This document shows positions 11,860 to 25,890 of a DNA stretch of 64,000 nucleotides, piece by piece. Within the stretch, counting starts at the first letter, position 1. The number at the start of each line of letters is the position of its first letter. This DNA is from Octopus sinensis (Eukaryota): positions 28,644,001-28,708,000 of the forward strand of contig NC_042997.1 of NCBI RefSeq assembly GCF_006345805.1. The letters run 5' to 3'. The position numbers and the translations under genes are program-made. The notes beneath the pieces are model-generated. The model saw only the letters and a list, made by a program, of their open reading frames with translations, was not told the origin of the DNA and did no database searches.

Positions 11860-11861
11860 TA

Positions 11862-12675
11862 TAGGTTGCCGTAGGCTTCCGTCGATCTCGAGAGACCATG
11901 GTATCTGTACCCAATAAACAGTGTCAGCTGCTGATGGCATTGCAGTATCTGTTGTGGCTGCATAGGCTCACACGTGAGTAGCGGTCACGCTTACCACGAC
12001 TGCATTAGAAGGAGCTGTCTGCCGGTGCTACTAGTTTTTCCTTCCTTCGAGTGTACTTTTCTTTGGTGGAGGGATCCTGTTTTCCTTCGACTCGCTTTAT
12101 CCCCTGTCGCAGTATTTGTTTCCAGTGTGGGTTACCATTTGCGAACTCCTTCCATGGCAGGACATGCAGATCAAGGACGTCCTTGAAGCGAATATGAGGC
12201 CGCCCTCGTGCTCTTGTGCCGGTAACCAATTCCCCATACAGGAGGTATTTTGTGATCTTCCTGTCCAGCATGCTATGTACATGACCGAATAAGCGTAGAC
12301 GACGCTGCTGGAGCAGGGTGATTATGCCGGGTCTCTTGGTGTGTCTGAAAACTTCGGTATTGGTGATGTGGTCTATCCACTTGATATCCAGGATACATCT
12401 AAAATTATTAAGATAGAAGATGTTGGGACACTGCTCCTACCTGGAGTGGGGGCGCCACGTCTCACTGCTGGAAAGTAGCGTAATCAGGACGCACACCTTA
12501 TAGACAACAGTCTTTGTGTTTACAGTCGGTTCTCTCTTTTCCAAGATTATCTTCGTGAGCCTGATATATGTGGATGATGCTTGTCCACTTCGCCTGTTTA
12601 TCTCACATACAAAAGAGAAGTTAGCTATGGTAGAGCCGAGGTAGGTGAATTCATGCACTACATCTAGATTGTAGC
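11862..12675 (-). mobile_element. RTE-clade LINE 3' fragment
   Basis: Frames read FTYLGSTI, CEINRRSGQASS, TKTVVYKVCVLITLLSSSETW, CILDIKW, YGELVTGTRARGRPHIRFKD and a C-terminal Cys/His knuckle, followed by a short 3' UTR. Confidence 0.88.
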
Positions 12676-12989
12676 GGTTGATGGTAAGTAATGGTAAATA
12701 TCTAAGTTAGCTACTGATAACAGGGTTCTATTGCTCAAAGTTGGTGGAGTTACATAGAGAATAGGTACTGGACTGACGTTTGGTGGTGTATGCGAAGGAA
12801 GGGGGAAATGGAGGCGTTTACATACATAGATGTGTGTATGTATATGTGTTTCCGCTTACGCACTCTCTCGTTTATGGAGGCGAATGTAGTAGGTTACAGG
12901 TAATACATAAGCTTTGGTGTTCTGTCTGGGGTTTGCGTAGGCATTGGTTGTGGAACACTGTCCTTGGTTGTAGGTCAGCCAATGTAAAA

Positions 12990-14200
12990 TGATATATCTG
13001 GGTTTTCAGAAAGCAATCGTTTGAAATTAACAGTTATTGAAATCAAAAACACAATTCGTATTCTTCGTTGATATATATGTTGCAGATTGATGAAGAATGT
13101 GCAGACTTTGGCTGAGGGGAGCTCGCAATCTCAGGCGCGTGATTTGTATTGTGGAACACTGTCGCTAACGGTTCATTGCATGTTGGGGTTTTCATACCGG
13201 CGGTCGTGGAGTTTCCAGTAGAAATGAGACAAAGAGGTGGTATTCTCTCTGCACCTGCATCTAAACGAGTTCATATACTATGTGTGCCTTCCGTTGGAGA
13301 CATTGGCCCCCATACCAATAAAGTACCTTGTGATGCCATCGGATGATGTGAGGTACGCTCTGTATACAACAACCTTTGAGATGCATGCTCCTTCTACATG
13401 GCAGCTTGTAGGGTTACGGAAATTACGGAGTTGGGTGTTGAGGGCGTGCGGATGCATGTTTTCAATGCTAGAAGCGATGCTATCTAGGAAGAAGTAGCTG
13501 AAGTTCACGTTATATTCGTTTAAAAGCTTATAGTACTTATTGCCCCTGGATAAATATTTCCTAACCAACGACAGGCATGTGTTAGTTATATTGATGGAAG
13601 CTATTAGGCTAAATGAAGAGTCGAACCAAACCAGCTTTCTCATTTTGTGTCTCTTCGGGTGTGGTGATGGGGTAGTGTGACCTATGTATATGGTAAATTC
13701 TCGAAATACCCACTTCTCTAAGGTTAAACATTACAGTATAGAGGCTGCCTTATTGAAGATTTCTTTATTGGCTGAAAGGCTAGACATTGTTCTGAAAAAC
13801 ACTGAGTTTAGGTTTTTAATTACAGTAGCGGTGGGGGTGGGGTTCAATCTTCTGTTGTATACGTTTTACTCGTTTTCAAGTCTTGTGTTACACCTAGGAA
13901 TTCAACCTTTGAATTTGTTTCTTCAGATCCTTCCCCAAAAATGTCCATGGCGTGGTCGTTCCGATGGCTTGTGATAGTCATGCTGTTACCCTTGCAAAGG
14001 AACAACTTCTGTGGTTGTGAGCGTTTATTGAGGGCATGCAAGATAAATAATTCGACGAGGGTTATCTATAATCCCAGCCCGACCATAGCTCCCAATATTA
14101 ACATTAAGAAGGTATTGCTCTCATTCTTCAGAAGGAATCATCCTGAACCAGTAAAGGACGATACAATACATAAGGCAGTGACAGTAAGCACTTTTTGACA
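12990..14200 (-). mobile_element. Degenerate PLE remnant D (same type as A; RT C-terminal part + GIY-YIG)
   Basis: LFILHALNK, VEFLGVT, RKLVWFDSSFSL and CHVEGACISKVVVYRAYL...YFIG align by eye to the ORF of element A. Confidence 0.75.
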
Positions 14201-14848
14201 GAATCAACTACGATATCAGAAGGGACACACGGTTGATTCAATCGAATTCCAGACCAGACACGGTTCACTGGCTTTGCAGGATCAAAAAAAAATCAGCCCG
14301 CTGACTCACACAGTTTAACATCCTGGACATCCAAACACACACAAAAACACACACAAACATACATACACACACTCCCACACACATGAACAGACAATCAAAA
14401 CACAAACATATCCCATAACAATACGTAACTACTACTGTGTTGAGTGCCTATTTCTTTCGTTTATCTATTCACTTTCACATATATGTGTGTGTGTGCGTGT
14501 TTGTGTGTGTGTGTGTGTGTGTGTGTTTATCCCATTTCTTTCATTTAGAGATTCAGAGTACCATTTATAAATGTAGACTTTCTTCGTTTGGCAGCACTCA
14601 AACTTAGTTCTGTGACACATCAATTCTTTCAGTTCAAAGAAATACCTCTTTGCATGGCATGTAACAAATCCTTACAGAGAAATGAGTTGTTCGAATTCTG
14701 TTTATAACTGATATTTTCTGTTATTTTGAAGATTAATAAACAACTTCTCTTCTATTGCTACGTCAGCAATGTTTGCAATAAATTTATCAAATAATATAAT
14801 AATCTTCAAAATGCTTTATGTAATAAATGTTCTCTATGTGTATGTATG

Positions 14849-15232
<384 letters not shown>

Positions 15233-15879
15233 TACCTACATAAGTAGGTATGGATGTAAAAATTATGTATATTTGTATATGTGCGTATATACTGGAATAG
15301 TGATTTTCGACCAGCTATTCTAAATAAGGAATACTTATTCCCATAATTATTATAATATGGATACAAACATACCGATATGTTTTATTCTATTTTTGTTTAT
15401 GTATACAATTTCTCATTTGTATAAATTTCTGCACAAATGTATATACATACATACACACTCATACGAGTGAATACGAAAGTTATACACTGTTTTTCTTACT
15501 TTCATAAAATAATTTCAGAAAAGTGTTGTTTACGTTAATTTTTCCCCTTTCCAGATATCACTTAACGTTTCCAATCAAATTATTTACTGCATTTAGCTGA
15601 TGTATTTTAATTTACTTGTCACCATCTACGTATAATGTTTTATTTGCTTTTTATTTGCAGAATGATTTATCTTATATGTATGCACATATAAACTTCTGTA
15701 GATGGAGATATTTATTCCTAGTAAATTCTATTTCACTTTTCGTTGAAGGCTGAATTAATGGGGTTTTTTTCCTGTTTATTTACGACATAAGTAAATTCAA
15801 TTTTTGGATCATTCTTTTTATAACTTGGTTTCAAATTACGTATTTTTGATATACTGATATAACATTAAAAATAATATAT

Positions 15880-15882
15880 ATA

Positions 15883-15914
<32 letters not shown>

Positions 15915-15952
15915 GATGAGGTAAATGCGTTCGGTTATATGCATATGTATAT

Positions 15953-16040
<88 letters not shown>

Positions 16041-16055
16041 TACATATATACATAT
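15880..16055. repeat. (TA)n microsatellite
   Basis: Direct reading. Confidence 0.95.
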
Positions 16056-16406
16056 ATCACCAGGTGTTTGTGTGAGTGGTGAGTATGATTTCATTTTTTC
16101 ATAATTTGATATTTTCCTCTAGGGTAGGAGCTGCTTTCTAACAAAGATTCTAACCTCAAACATGTATAGGTGAATGCATAATTTCAACTTCGGAGAAGTT
16201 TAAAATCTATGTAGGCGGACGTATTTATTCCTTCGAAGCTTGCACTGTTTCACTCTTCGTTAGATGCTTAATTTTATGCCTTCTTTTTTGTTTATTTATG
16301 ACATAGTGTCCAAATTAAATATTGAATAGTTCTTTTAATATCTTGCTTTCTAATTATAAATTATTGATATATTGAAATAGCGTGAGTGAGAGATTGTAGA
16401 GAGAGG

Positions 16407-16458
<52 letters not shown>

Positions 16459-17388
16459 TGTATGATTTCTACTAATTTTGAGGTAGGAGCTCCATTTTAA
16501 TAAAGAAATAAAGCTCAAACAGTGGAATGTAGAGATCGAATGCAAATGACCATCTTAAACTCCGATAAAGTTTTGCATATTCTACTGTCCCTCTTACAGA
16601 ATGATTTTGCACAAGTTGCCTAAAGATCTTGGCTCGTCCAGATTGTCGTTGAGGCCAGTACTCATAAACCAATGTAACATACCAATTTGTCGTTGTATGT
16701 ACTATAGGTTTTGTGAATACTTGTTGTTTGAAGTTTAATGTGGATATAGAAACTGGAGGTTTCGAATGAGGTGACGGTAATTATCCTCTTTCTCATATAT
16801 TTTCGAAGAGATATTGACATTATTACGGCAAGTTAACTTTATGACGGTTGATAATTGTTCTTCACTGTCTCAAACAACAAAATTATATTTGATGGGAATT
16901 AACCTCTAATATTCCTAGCGTTGATATTTGCGTGCCTGTTCAATAATTATCGGAAGCGTTCTATTTATTTTTTAGGAGACAATCTTTCGTATATTGTTTT
17001 AATGGCAATGTGGTATCGCATAGGAAGTCATTATCTTGCTGAATGTTTTGTGCAGATTCTAATCAAAAGCGTAATGCCTTCCACAGAAATGTGAAATAAT
17101 GTAAATGTTCTGTTACATATTAGAGTTCCAAGGTTTTCTTTTGTTTACTTAATATTTCGTAGCAATCTCTTGTTTTGAGATTGCCTATGCTTAACCTACG
17201 AAATGAGGAATGATTTAATAGTCGCATGCCAGAGGTCGCACTTTATGTTGATATTACTGACTTCTGTGGATATCCTTCTATATGTATAATATATATCAAT
17301 AATATGCATATATGTCTCTCTATCTCTCTGTCTCTGTCTGTCTGTATGCCTGCCTCCCCCCCTCTCTCTCTCTCTATATATATATATA

Positions 17389-17785
17389 TCTTTATATATA
17401 AAAGTAAGGTTGTGTGTCTGTCTCCTACGATTTAGATTCCTAACTACTCCCACATTTTGCGGTGCAGTTTAACCAAAACCGGGTATCTTATAGTTGTGAT
17501 TCATATCGAGCCCTTCTGGTATTAGCGCGCGTCTACGATGAGTCTACGATTTAAAAAAAAATTACCATCATTTTTTTCCATTTTAATGCATTTTCTCGCT
17601 ATTATATAAGGGAAGTAACTCTCTAAAAATGTCTACGATGAGTCAACGATTTAAAACAAAATTTACCATAACTTTTTTTTCCATTTGTAATGCATTTTTT
17701 TGCTAATTTTTCGCTATAACTCTCTAAAAATGCTTATATAGTTATTTCCCTTACAAATCCGAGCAACGCCGGGCGATACTGCAAG
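17389..17785 (+). mobile_element. Non-autonomous Helitron (~400 bp)
   Basis: 5' TC(tttatatataaaag). 3' GC-rich hairpin ccgagcaacgccgg, then ~10 nt and CAAG (degenerate CTAG). Inserted between A and T, with no TSD. Internal ~100-bp tandem subrepeat. Confidence 0.78.
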
Positions 17786-18880
17786 TATGTATATATATGC
17801 ATACATACATATACAAATTTGCGAATGTGTGTCTATGCGTGCATGTGTTTCTGTGTGTGTGTGTGCATTTGCGTTCCTGAGTGTATAATTCGGTGTTTAA
17901 CCCCATGATAGACTCAACTATATCAACAAATTAAACTGAGACACAACTCTCTAAACTTCGAACTCTGCGCAATTGCGCTGCTTTTCAGCCCACGGACTTA
18001 AAGCACTATGAATGAAGGTATTGGAAAATCAGTATGGGCCATCGCCAAATATATTCAAACACACACGTTAAAATGATGAATGGAGGCCAATTCACGTCTG
18101 AGAAGACAGGCGAACACCTCTTAAAACAAGTAATTACTGCACATAATTAAAACTCGTAGCGAACAGTGCGTTCATTAGTTCGTTTCCGATATGAAGTTCG
18201 ACCAAAACTAAAATTTTTCACAGCAAAATCGACAAATGACTATGTCAAGATCCTTCCGCTATCTACTAATTAATGCACACCGATTTCCATGCACAGAGAT
18301 ACTGGAGACTCTACGAAAGCCCTGGGTGGATGAAGTATGCACTACGAGATCATATGTGTTTTAACAAGAATTATTATCTTCCTATAATCCCACATTCTCG
18401 AAGAATGCAGATCAAATAATTTTTTTACGATAAAGTAACGCTAAAAATGTAGACTCCAAAATAACCAAATTGAAGTCCATGGGCTACAAAGTTTGCGGTG
18501 TTATTGAGAGGGTGATTACTGGGGCAAGTAGCATATTGTGTTCTTGAGGAGAGCATTTCATTTCACATTGTCTATACTGCTCAGTGGAAACTGAGCGTGA
18601 TTTTACCACTAGTGAAACCCATTCTCTAGCTCACACTGAAATCATCATTAGAACTCTCTATCTTGTAAAGAGAGTGCCTCTATCTGCTCAGGACACATAA
18701 GCATCGCATGCCATAAGGGAACCATTACAGCTATAACAACGTGATAACTGTAGTGCATTTGAAATCAATCAGTCACTAAATAAATTAGTCAGTCAGTCTG
18801 TCTATCTATCTATCATATATCTATCTATTTATCTATCACCTCCCTCTCTTTCTCTCTCTTTTTCTGTATATATATATATG

Positions 18881-18950
<70 letters not shown>

Positions 18951-18954
<4 letters not shown>

Positions 18955-19040
18955 AAACAAGTCAAGATAGAAGATGCTAAAATAATTTTATAAAGAACAT
19001 TTCAGTACCGGTTTCGATCATTTGAGACCTTTTCAACTGT
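18951..19040 (-). mobile_element. Isolated PLE-type 3' terminus with a degenerate hammerhead
   Basis: Minus strand reads cag-TTGAAAA-ggtc(tcaaat)gatc-GAAA-ccgg-TA-ctg, then a ~50-nt tail and (TA)n. The core CUGANGA is mutated. Confidence 0.6.
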
Positions 19041-19539
19041 AATGATTAAATAATTAAATTTAGAAAAATTAAAAGAAAATTTTTTTTTAAAGAATATTTG
19101 TATAGTGTTCAAATATAAGTGGCATTTTCTTTGTTTCTGCCTTTCTCTGTCTCTCTTGTTTACTCTTGTGGGTTCAAGGTCCATATATATATATACATAT
19201 ATATGTGTGTATCATATCATGAATTTTGTATCAACGTTCATGCAAATAATACAGAACTTTGAAACAATGTTTTCCATATCATAATTAACAAGTTTATGTG
19301 CACTCAAGCTATGAAAGTTTCCAGTAGCGAATATTACTTTGGATGCTTATTCCCTATAAACAAAGTATGCAAACTAAATTGAGCGTTGTTCATGAAAAAT
19401 CCTGCACATATTTCTCCGTATACATGTTTCCTTTCCGACATATACCACTGCAGTCATTCATGCAATGTTGGGCACTAGCGTTCCGCTTTAAATATGTTAC
19501 ATAATAAAACGCGAAATGTGTCCGTTTCGGTCACGCTGC

Positions 19540-19740
19540 AAGCAATGAAGAGTATAACAACAAAGAATGTGGGAGTGAGTGGACGTGAGAGATGTTAAAA
19601 ATTTAAAAGGCTTTCCTCCGAAGATGTAAGAGAAAGATGAGTGAAACAAGCAAGGGAGTTCCACAGAGTGACGGTCAGAGGTAGCTAAACTGCAGGGGAA
19701 CTGTAGTGGGCTATGAAGTTACCATTATTTGAATGGAGAC
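19540..19740 (-). mobile_element. Possible CR1/L2-type LINE 3' remnant
   Basis: Minus frame reads TVTLWNSL, resembling the conserved LINE C-terminal LWNxL motif; otherwise very decayed. Confidence 0.35.
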
Positions 19741-20158
19741 GAAATGAAATTTTTACCGTAAATTATATTCATCAATTTCACACACACACACACACACATG
19801 CACGCACGCACAAAGAGGCATATATCTTACATACAATAAAAGGATTTCATCGATCTAAAAATAAATGCATATATATATAGAGAGAAAGATAGAGTGAAAA
19901 ACAGAGAGGAAAAAGATACGTCCATAAAATATGTATATGAATATATATATATATTATATATATATATAATATATAATATATATATATTTGTGTGTGTGTA
20001 TGTGCGTATGTGTGTGTGTGTACATATATATGTGTATATCTATATATATGCATTTATATATGTGCGTATATATACATATATGCGTGTATAGACGTGTGCT
20101 GATATGTAGTAATATTTATAATATATATACATATATACATATACATATACATATATAA

Positions 20159-20215
<57 letters not shown>

Positions 20216-23200
20216 CGTTGTTGTACGTGTGCGTGTGTGCTTGTGTATAAACAAACATACATTATGTGGATGATATTTTCAACCGAGATGTTACAAAAGT
20301 ATCTGATTTTTCAATTACTTCAATTCTGTGTCTGTACATATATATACTAGACTGCTAACGATTATTGAAGATTTTCCCTATTGTGTTAATGTTCCACTTT
20401 CTTTCGACATTTTTGCCGATACGGTTATACATGTACAATTATAAATTAACAAATTGCTCATTTACTGGTGAGTACCATGTAGTGCAAAACGGCTATTAAA
20501 TAATTACAAGTAAACTGAATGGTGACAGTTAATATAATGTGATGTGCAATGACTAATATAATGGCTGTTTGTTTTCGGATAATATATATTAACAATTGCA
20601 CATGAGAGAATACATCATCAGAATATTAATCGTAGTATTAAGTGCCAGGCACGATTCGAACCTAAATTCTATCTAAAGTAATTTTGATGTTTGTCCCCAT
20701 TCCTTTTTAGTAGAATCGGTTATTTAAGTAGTGTTTATGTTAATTTACATTCTGCTATTAAGACTACATGTAGCCAGCTGCACTATTATCGGAAGAAATA
20801 TTTTTCTCTTTAATTTACTTCTGTGTGTTCACAAATGTCTCTAAAAATAGTGCAAAACATCCACAAAGTGTTAATTCTTTAATCGCTTTCTATTAAACGG
20901 TTATATCAATAAGTAGTTTATTTATTCTAGCAAGCTTTTTTCTTTCATTAGTTATACATAGACAGAATTAGGAGTTTCAACATTTTTGAAACAGACACCA
21001 TAATCAATAAGTTAATGCGACATTCGACTATATCGACCTGACATTCGCATAACAAAATAGCGTTGCTGTAATACATTCTCTATTAATATTTTTCATTACT
21101 TAATTAGAAAATATTTATAGTCTGTTCCTGTTTTGCTTTTTCTTAATTATAGGCCATTGCGACAAATGTATTCAATAAAAATGAAAAAAAAAAAAACATT
21201 AGACAAACCAAAAAATGAATTCCAAAGGAATGTGATTTTTAAGAGCAGCATTTTGGAATATGTGCGCGAGACGCAGAAGAATTTTGACTTTAGCATGAAA
21301 ATAATGCTGCTCACCACAGCTCTCACTTGATTACGTACAATCTCATCTGTAAAATATTTGGTTCTATACATCATGCTAAATCTATTCTACTACTACCCTC
21401 TATCACCAATGATGTGATCCATTAATATCGCAAAAGAGAGAATTGCAATGAACATTTCATCTATATGAAGAGCGCTTATGTGTGTGTGCGTGCGTGTGAT
21501 TTTGTGTGTATGCGTGCGCGCGCGTTGCGATATCTCACCTAATTTTACAGAATCCAGGATGCGCATTGATGCCTATAAACTGATGCGTTTCTAAAGTTAC
21601 TATCTTTGAATCAGTGGTTGTTGGCGGGATATTTAGGTTCCATTTATACAATACTATCGTAAATTCATATATATCTTTTACAACGTTATATAAATTATAA
21701 GGTACTCTGTATCTGTATAACATTAAAGAATTAATTGAATATATAAAGTATAACCCTACCGAGTAGTCATTTGCGCGGTAAAATGTAGTAGCTAATTAAA
21801 ATAACCATATCATTTTCAAATCGCACTCTCAGACTGTTTATGGAACAATATAATATTTCATATTCTAACCTACATACTAATCGCTTCTGAAACTCATTTA
21901 CCCTGATTATGAAAAAGTATGTCTGGCGTTATTACAAACTGTAAAATATATATTATATTAATAAGTAATATATTTGTTATCAAATTTTGAAAAAATATAT
22001 TTTGTATGTATTTTCTTATTTCAATATTCAATGTTTTATTTATAAAATATTTTCAAAGGTCTGTTTATTGTTCATAATTTTAGTGGCTATTGGAATAAAA
22101 TATATTAGTCTGACTTTTGAATTGTATTGAAAATAATAATAAACTATAAATCATTCAAAAACATCCTGACAATTTTACATGATCGTTGAGGCCTTATAAA
22201 TCTATTCTAGTTAGATATAGTTTGTGCCACACATAAACGCTTATTAACATCATATAATCACAATTTATACTACAACGTATTTGGTAACCATTCGATATAT
22301 TTATATACAAACTTGTCCCACACTATACTTCACGGCTGGCTTTTGCTTTGCATTAGACTTTGCAATTTGTTTAATACTCAGTGTATTTCACATGTTATCT
22401 TAATATGTTGACTAGATAGCCAAGTATTCTGTTGACTTTGCCTAATAAGTTGAAATGTCTTACATGTAAATATTGTACACACTGTAATGTTAGTTTTATG
22501 ACCGTTAGTTTTGTTGGTGTGATGATTACTTCTTCATTTTGAATGCAAATCACAGTGAATTTGATATAGCGTCGGATTTCTTGTCAGGTATTAAGCGGAT
22601 ATACAGTAAACTAATTGTAATCTTAATGTTGTTCCATTGAATACAAAGGAAATAGGATTGTTCGGTGACAGAAATGCAATTGTTTGGAGAATGAGTAATA
22701 CCATAGACGCCGTTTTATCTCCGACTCGTTCTCGAAATTTTAAATGCAAAATGATTGATTTTGCTTAGTCATATAACACAGTAGATAACAATGATGCAGA
22801 GACTATAACACGGTGTTGTAATCCTTGATTTGTGTTAAGATCCACCACCGTATGCTCATAAGATTCAACTTAATCTTGGGTCCATTCAGTACATTTAATG
22901 TATACGACGATATAGCGTTTTAAATGTTAGATATTTGAAGAAGTTTTCTATATTTCAAGTTTTTCTATAAATTCTATATACTACAATAAGAACCAGAATC
23001 TCATTGATGTTCAATGTCTTTGGCTGTGAGCACGGGCAATTTAAGTTATGAGTGCATGTATACGAGTGTGACGGGCTTCAACACAATAAATAGGCATTAA
23101 ATGTTCTATAGCTCTTCAAAATGGGAGTTTCTCAAGTTAAAGCAATCAACTACTTCGCCATATTTACGGTTTTTGTTCAATAGACACAATTTTCCATATT

Positions 23201-23680
23201 TTCAAATACCATTTTATACGAGGGGTACACATTCTTTCATATTGTTCAAATTCATAATTTTTTTTTATATTTATAACATATACAAATATAAACAAAATAT
23301 TTATGATTTTTGTGTCATATGCCGATCATTGTGATCCAGTACCTTCATAAGTATTCTTTAAGAATAATGAACAAAATACCCATGTTTTCAAGGGTGAATA
23401 ATTCCAACCACAAAGAATCTCTCTCAACAGATGACTATGATGCTCCCTCATTACTCCTACTCGTGAACAAAGATGCATATATTATCAGTCACTAAGAGCT
23501 ATTTTGAACTGTTTAAGGTCACGAAACTGACAAGCAAATCTGTGGTATTGTGTACACAATTTGCTGCAACACATCTTTTATATCAAGAAAAAGATACGTA
23601 TGCGATATCACTTTTGATCCGTTAAGATCAAACGCCAGGTGAGTCATTACCAGTTACTGCATCGGAGGATTTATTACTTT

Positions 23681-23681
<1 letters not shown>

Positions 23682-23757
<76 letters not shown>

Positions 23758-23776
23758 TATTATTATTATTATTATT
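23682..23776. repeat. (ATC)n(ATT)n compound microsatellite
   Basis: Direct reading. Confidence 0.97.
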
Positions 23777-23790
23777 GTAATTTTCTTATT

Positions 23791-24000
23791 ATGGCGGCGA
23801 TCAGGCAGAATCATTAGCAGACCGGACGAAATTTTTTAGCGGTATTTCGCCTGCCGCCACGGTCTGAGTTCAAATTCCGCCTAGTTAGAATTTGCCTTTC
23901 ATTCTTTCGGGGTCGATAAGTTAAGTAACAGTGAAACACTGGGAGTGATGTAGTCGGCTATCCACCCCACCGAAAAATTTCAATCCTTGTGTCAATAGCA
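23791..24000 (+). mobile_element. tRNA-derived SINE, family 1 (diverged)
   Basis: Head ggcggcgatcaggcagaatcattagc...gagttcaaattcc with A/B-box-like motifs; homologous to the copies at 30585 and 48194. Confidence 0.75.
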
Positions 24001-24039
24001 GATTTTCCTCTCAATTTTCCTTATTTCACTCATATTCCA

Positions 24040-25024
24040 GTTCACACGTTGTAATTGCAAGTAACACGGGAACTGCTAAAGAATTCATAGTTAACACCTT
24101 GTTACGTTCATTTAGCTCGGGTGTTAGAACTGCTCAAACTTTCCTATAACAATCCTTTCTTATCTTGGCTTTCATACATGTATGTCGAATGTCAGTGCCT
24201 TCATTTATTCCGACGTATTTGTAAGTTTGTTCCTGTTCGAGTTCTTTTATGACGGTGTCAACATCCAACACCACTGAATGTGAGGTCATAACTTTCCCTT
24301 TCTGAAAAGTGGCCTTGGCACATTTATCAAGACCGAATTCCATCCCAATGTCATCACTGAATGTTTTCATAGTACGTAGTGGTCCTTCAAGCTCATTATT
24401 GTCTTTGTCATAGAGTTTTAAGTCATCAATATAAAATAGAGGACTTATTATCTCGTCACCAATTTTGTACCCATACTCTGTTCTGTTGAGTTCACTTGTA
24501 AGGGGTATTAGGGCTATGCGGAATACTGAAGGTGAAAATGAATCACCTTGGAAGTTGCCGCAGTTGATATTAATATTTCTTGTGGTCAGTATGCTCCATT
24601 AGAGTGGTATAATTGGAGATTCATTTTCCACATTGAATTGTTGTGCTTTAAGAAGCTTGAACCACAGGAGAAATTTTGAAGATATGTAACGATTTCAAGA
24701 TCCACGAATGCAGTATGCTGCTGAAGGTCATTTAATAATCAATCAATGCAGAACTGATTTCTGCGTTTGTAATGATAGTTCTCAAGGATCATGTGATTGA
24801 TTAAGAGTTGGTCTTTTGCATCCGAATGGTCCTCGTCGGCACCCTTTTTGTCCATTAGGGAAAATATCATCCTGTTCTATCAATTTGTATATTTTCTCCA
24901 CCAGAATGGATGTTAAAATTTTATACGTGGTAGATAGACATGTTACGGATCTTTAGTTTTGGGGAACTTTGGTTTCATTATTCTTCGGGTGTAGGTAAGT
25001 ATTACCTCTTGCTAACCAATCAGG
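24040..25024 (-). mobile_element. R4/Dong-type (restriction-like endonuclease) LINE, RT fragment
   Basis: Frames read WLARGNTYLHPK, QKGCRRGPFGCKDQLLIN, NFQGDSFSP, LFYIDDLKL, FSDDIGMEFGLDKCAKA and YKYVGI. Confidence 0.85.
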
Positions 25025-25026
25025 TG

Positions 25027-25027
<1 letters not shown>

Positions 25028-25063
<36 letters not shown>

Positions 25064-25074
25064 TATTATTATTA

Positions 25075-25140
<66 letters not shown>

Positions 25141-25171
25141 GTCGTCGTCGTCGTCGTCGTCGTTGTTGTTG

Positions 25172-25202
<31 letters not shown>

Positions 25203-25240
25203 AACTATTATCGTTGTTGTAGCTGCTGTTGTTGTTGTTC
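25028..25240. repeat. (ATT)n/(ATC)n/(GTC)n/(GTT)n compound microsatellite, tail of the adjacent LINE
   Basis: Direct reading. Confidence 0.95.
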
Positions 25241-25244
25241 GTCT

Positions 25245-25890
25245 TCTCAAAGCGCTTGGTCTTGTTATCTCTGGTTGAATCTGTGAGAGCTGAAGGGTGG
25301 ATCCCTTTTGTCAGAGGTCTCACAGACTCTCCTTCCGCATATTATGAGATTTGATAATTGTTTGTTAAGACATTCAAAACTCAAGACCCAAGTTGTCTCA
25401 AGAAGTGCAGCTTTTGGTCTCATGTCAATTCCGATTTCTCGGAGATGTCGCACAGTATGCAATATTATGAATGTTGCAGATTGAAGATATTGTGTCTACC
25501 GGGGATTTCTACTGTCTGTCAGATGACAACAAGGATCTCAGACAGACAGTATTTATGCAATATTCTTGCAGTTCCAAGTAATGCCGATTTTTGCAATTCA
25601 TCTATATTGTAGAGTATTTCTAACGCTTCCAGATATTTTTCAAGTTCTGGTGGTATTGAACATAATGCACCGATGACAACGGGGACAATCTTTATATTTG
25701 GCTCTCGTACCTTCCGCATCTTGGAGATCTCAATTCTGAGGTCTCAATATTTATCTACATTCCCTCTTTCTCTCATTTGTTGATCTCATGACACTGCCAC
25801 GTCATATATTATGCACTCTTATTTTCCCCTCCTAATGTTTACTATACACAATATTGTCTGGAAGTCAATGTCCCAGAGTATCTGGTTCGA
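25245..25890 (-). mobile_element. R4/Dong-type LINE 3' end (RLE domain + 3' UTR)
   Basis: Frames read ILWDIDF, IYDVAVS, DKY*DLRIEI, KIVPVVIGAL and ELQKSALLGTARIL; ends in an (AAT)n-type tail. Confidence 0.82.

Noticed and set aside
16460-17200. Minus-strand coding-like stretch
   Set aside because: Multiple stops and no recognisable motif.
18290-18740. Possible Tx1/L1-type RT remnant (SPG.D..YE and PI.L-like fragments)
   Set aside because: Motifs are recoverable only with several assumed frameshifts; needs a profile search.
20300-23600. Host gene exons in the non-repetitive stretches (also 30900-36500, 44800-47500)
   Set aside because: Only short ORFs with no recognisable domain. Small exons of a large gene cannot be excluded without RNA-seq or homology search.
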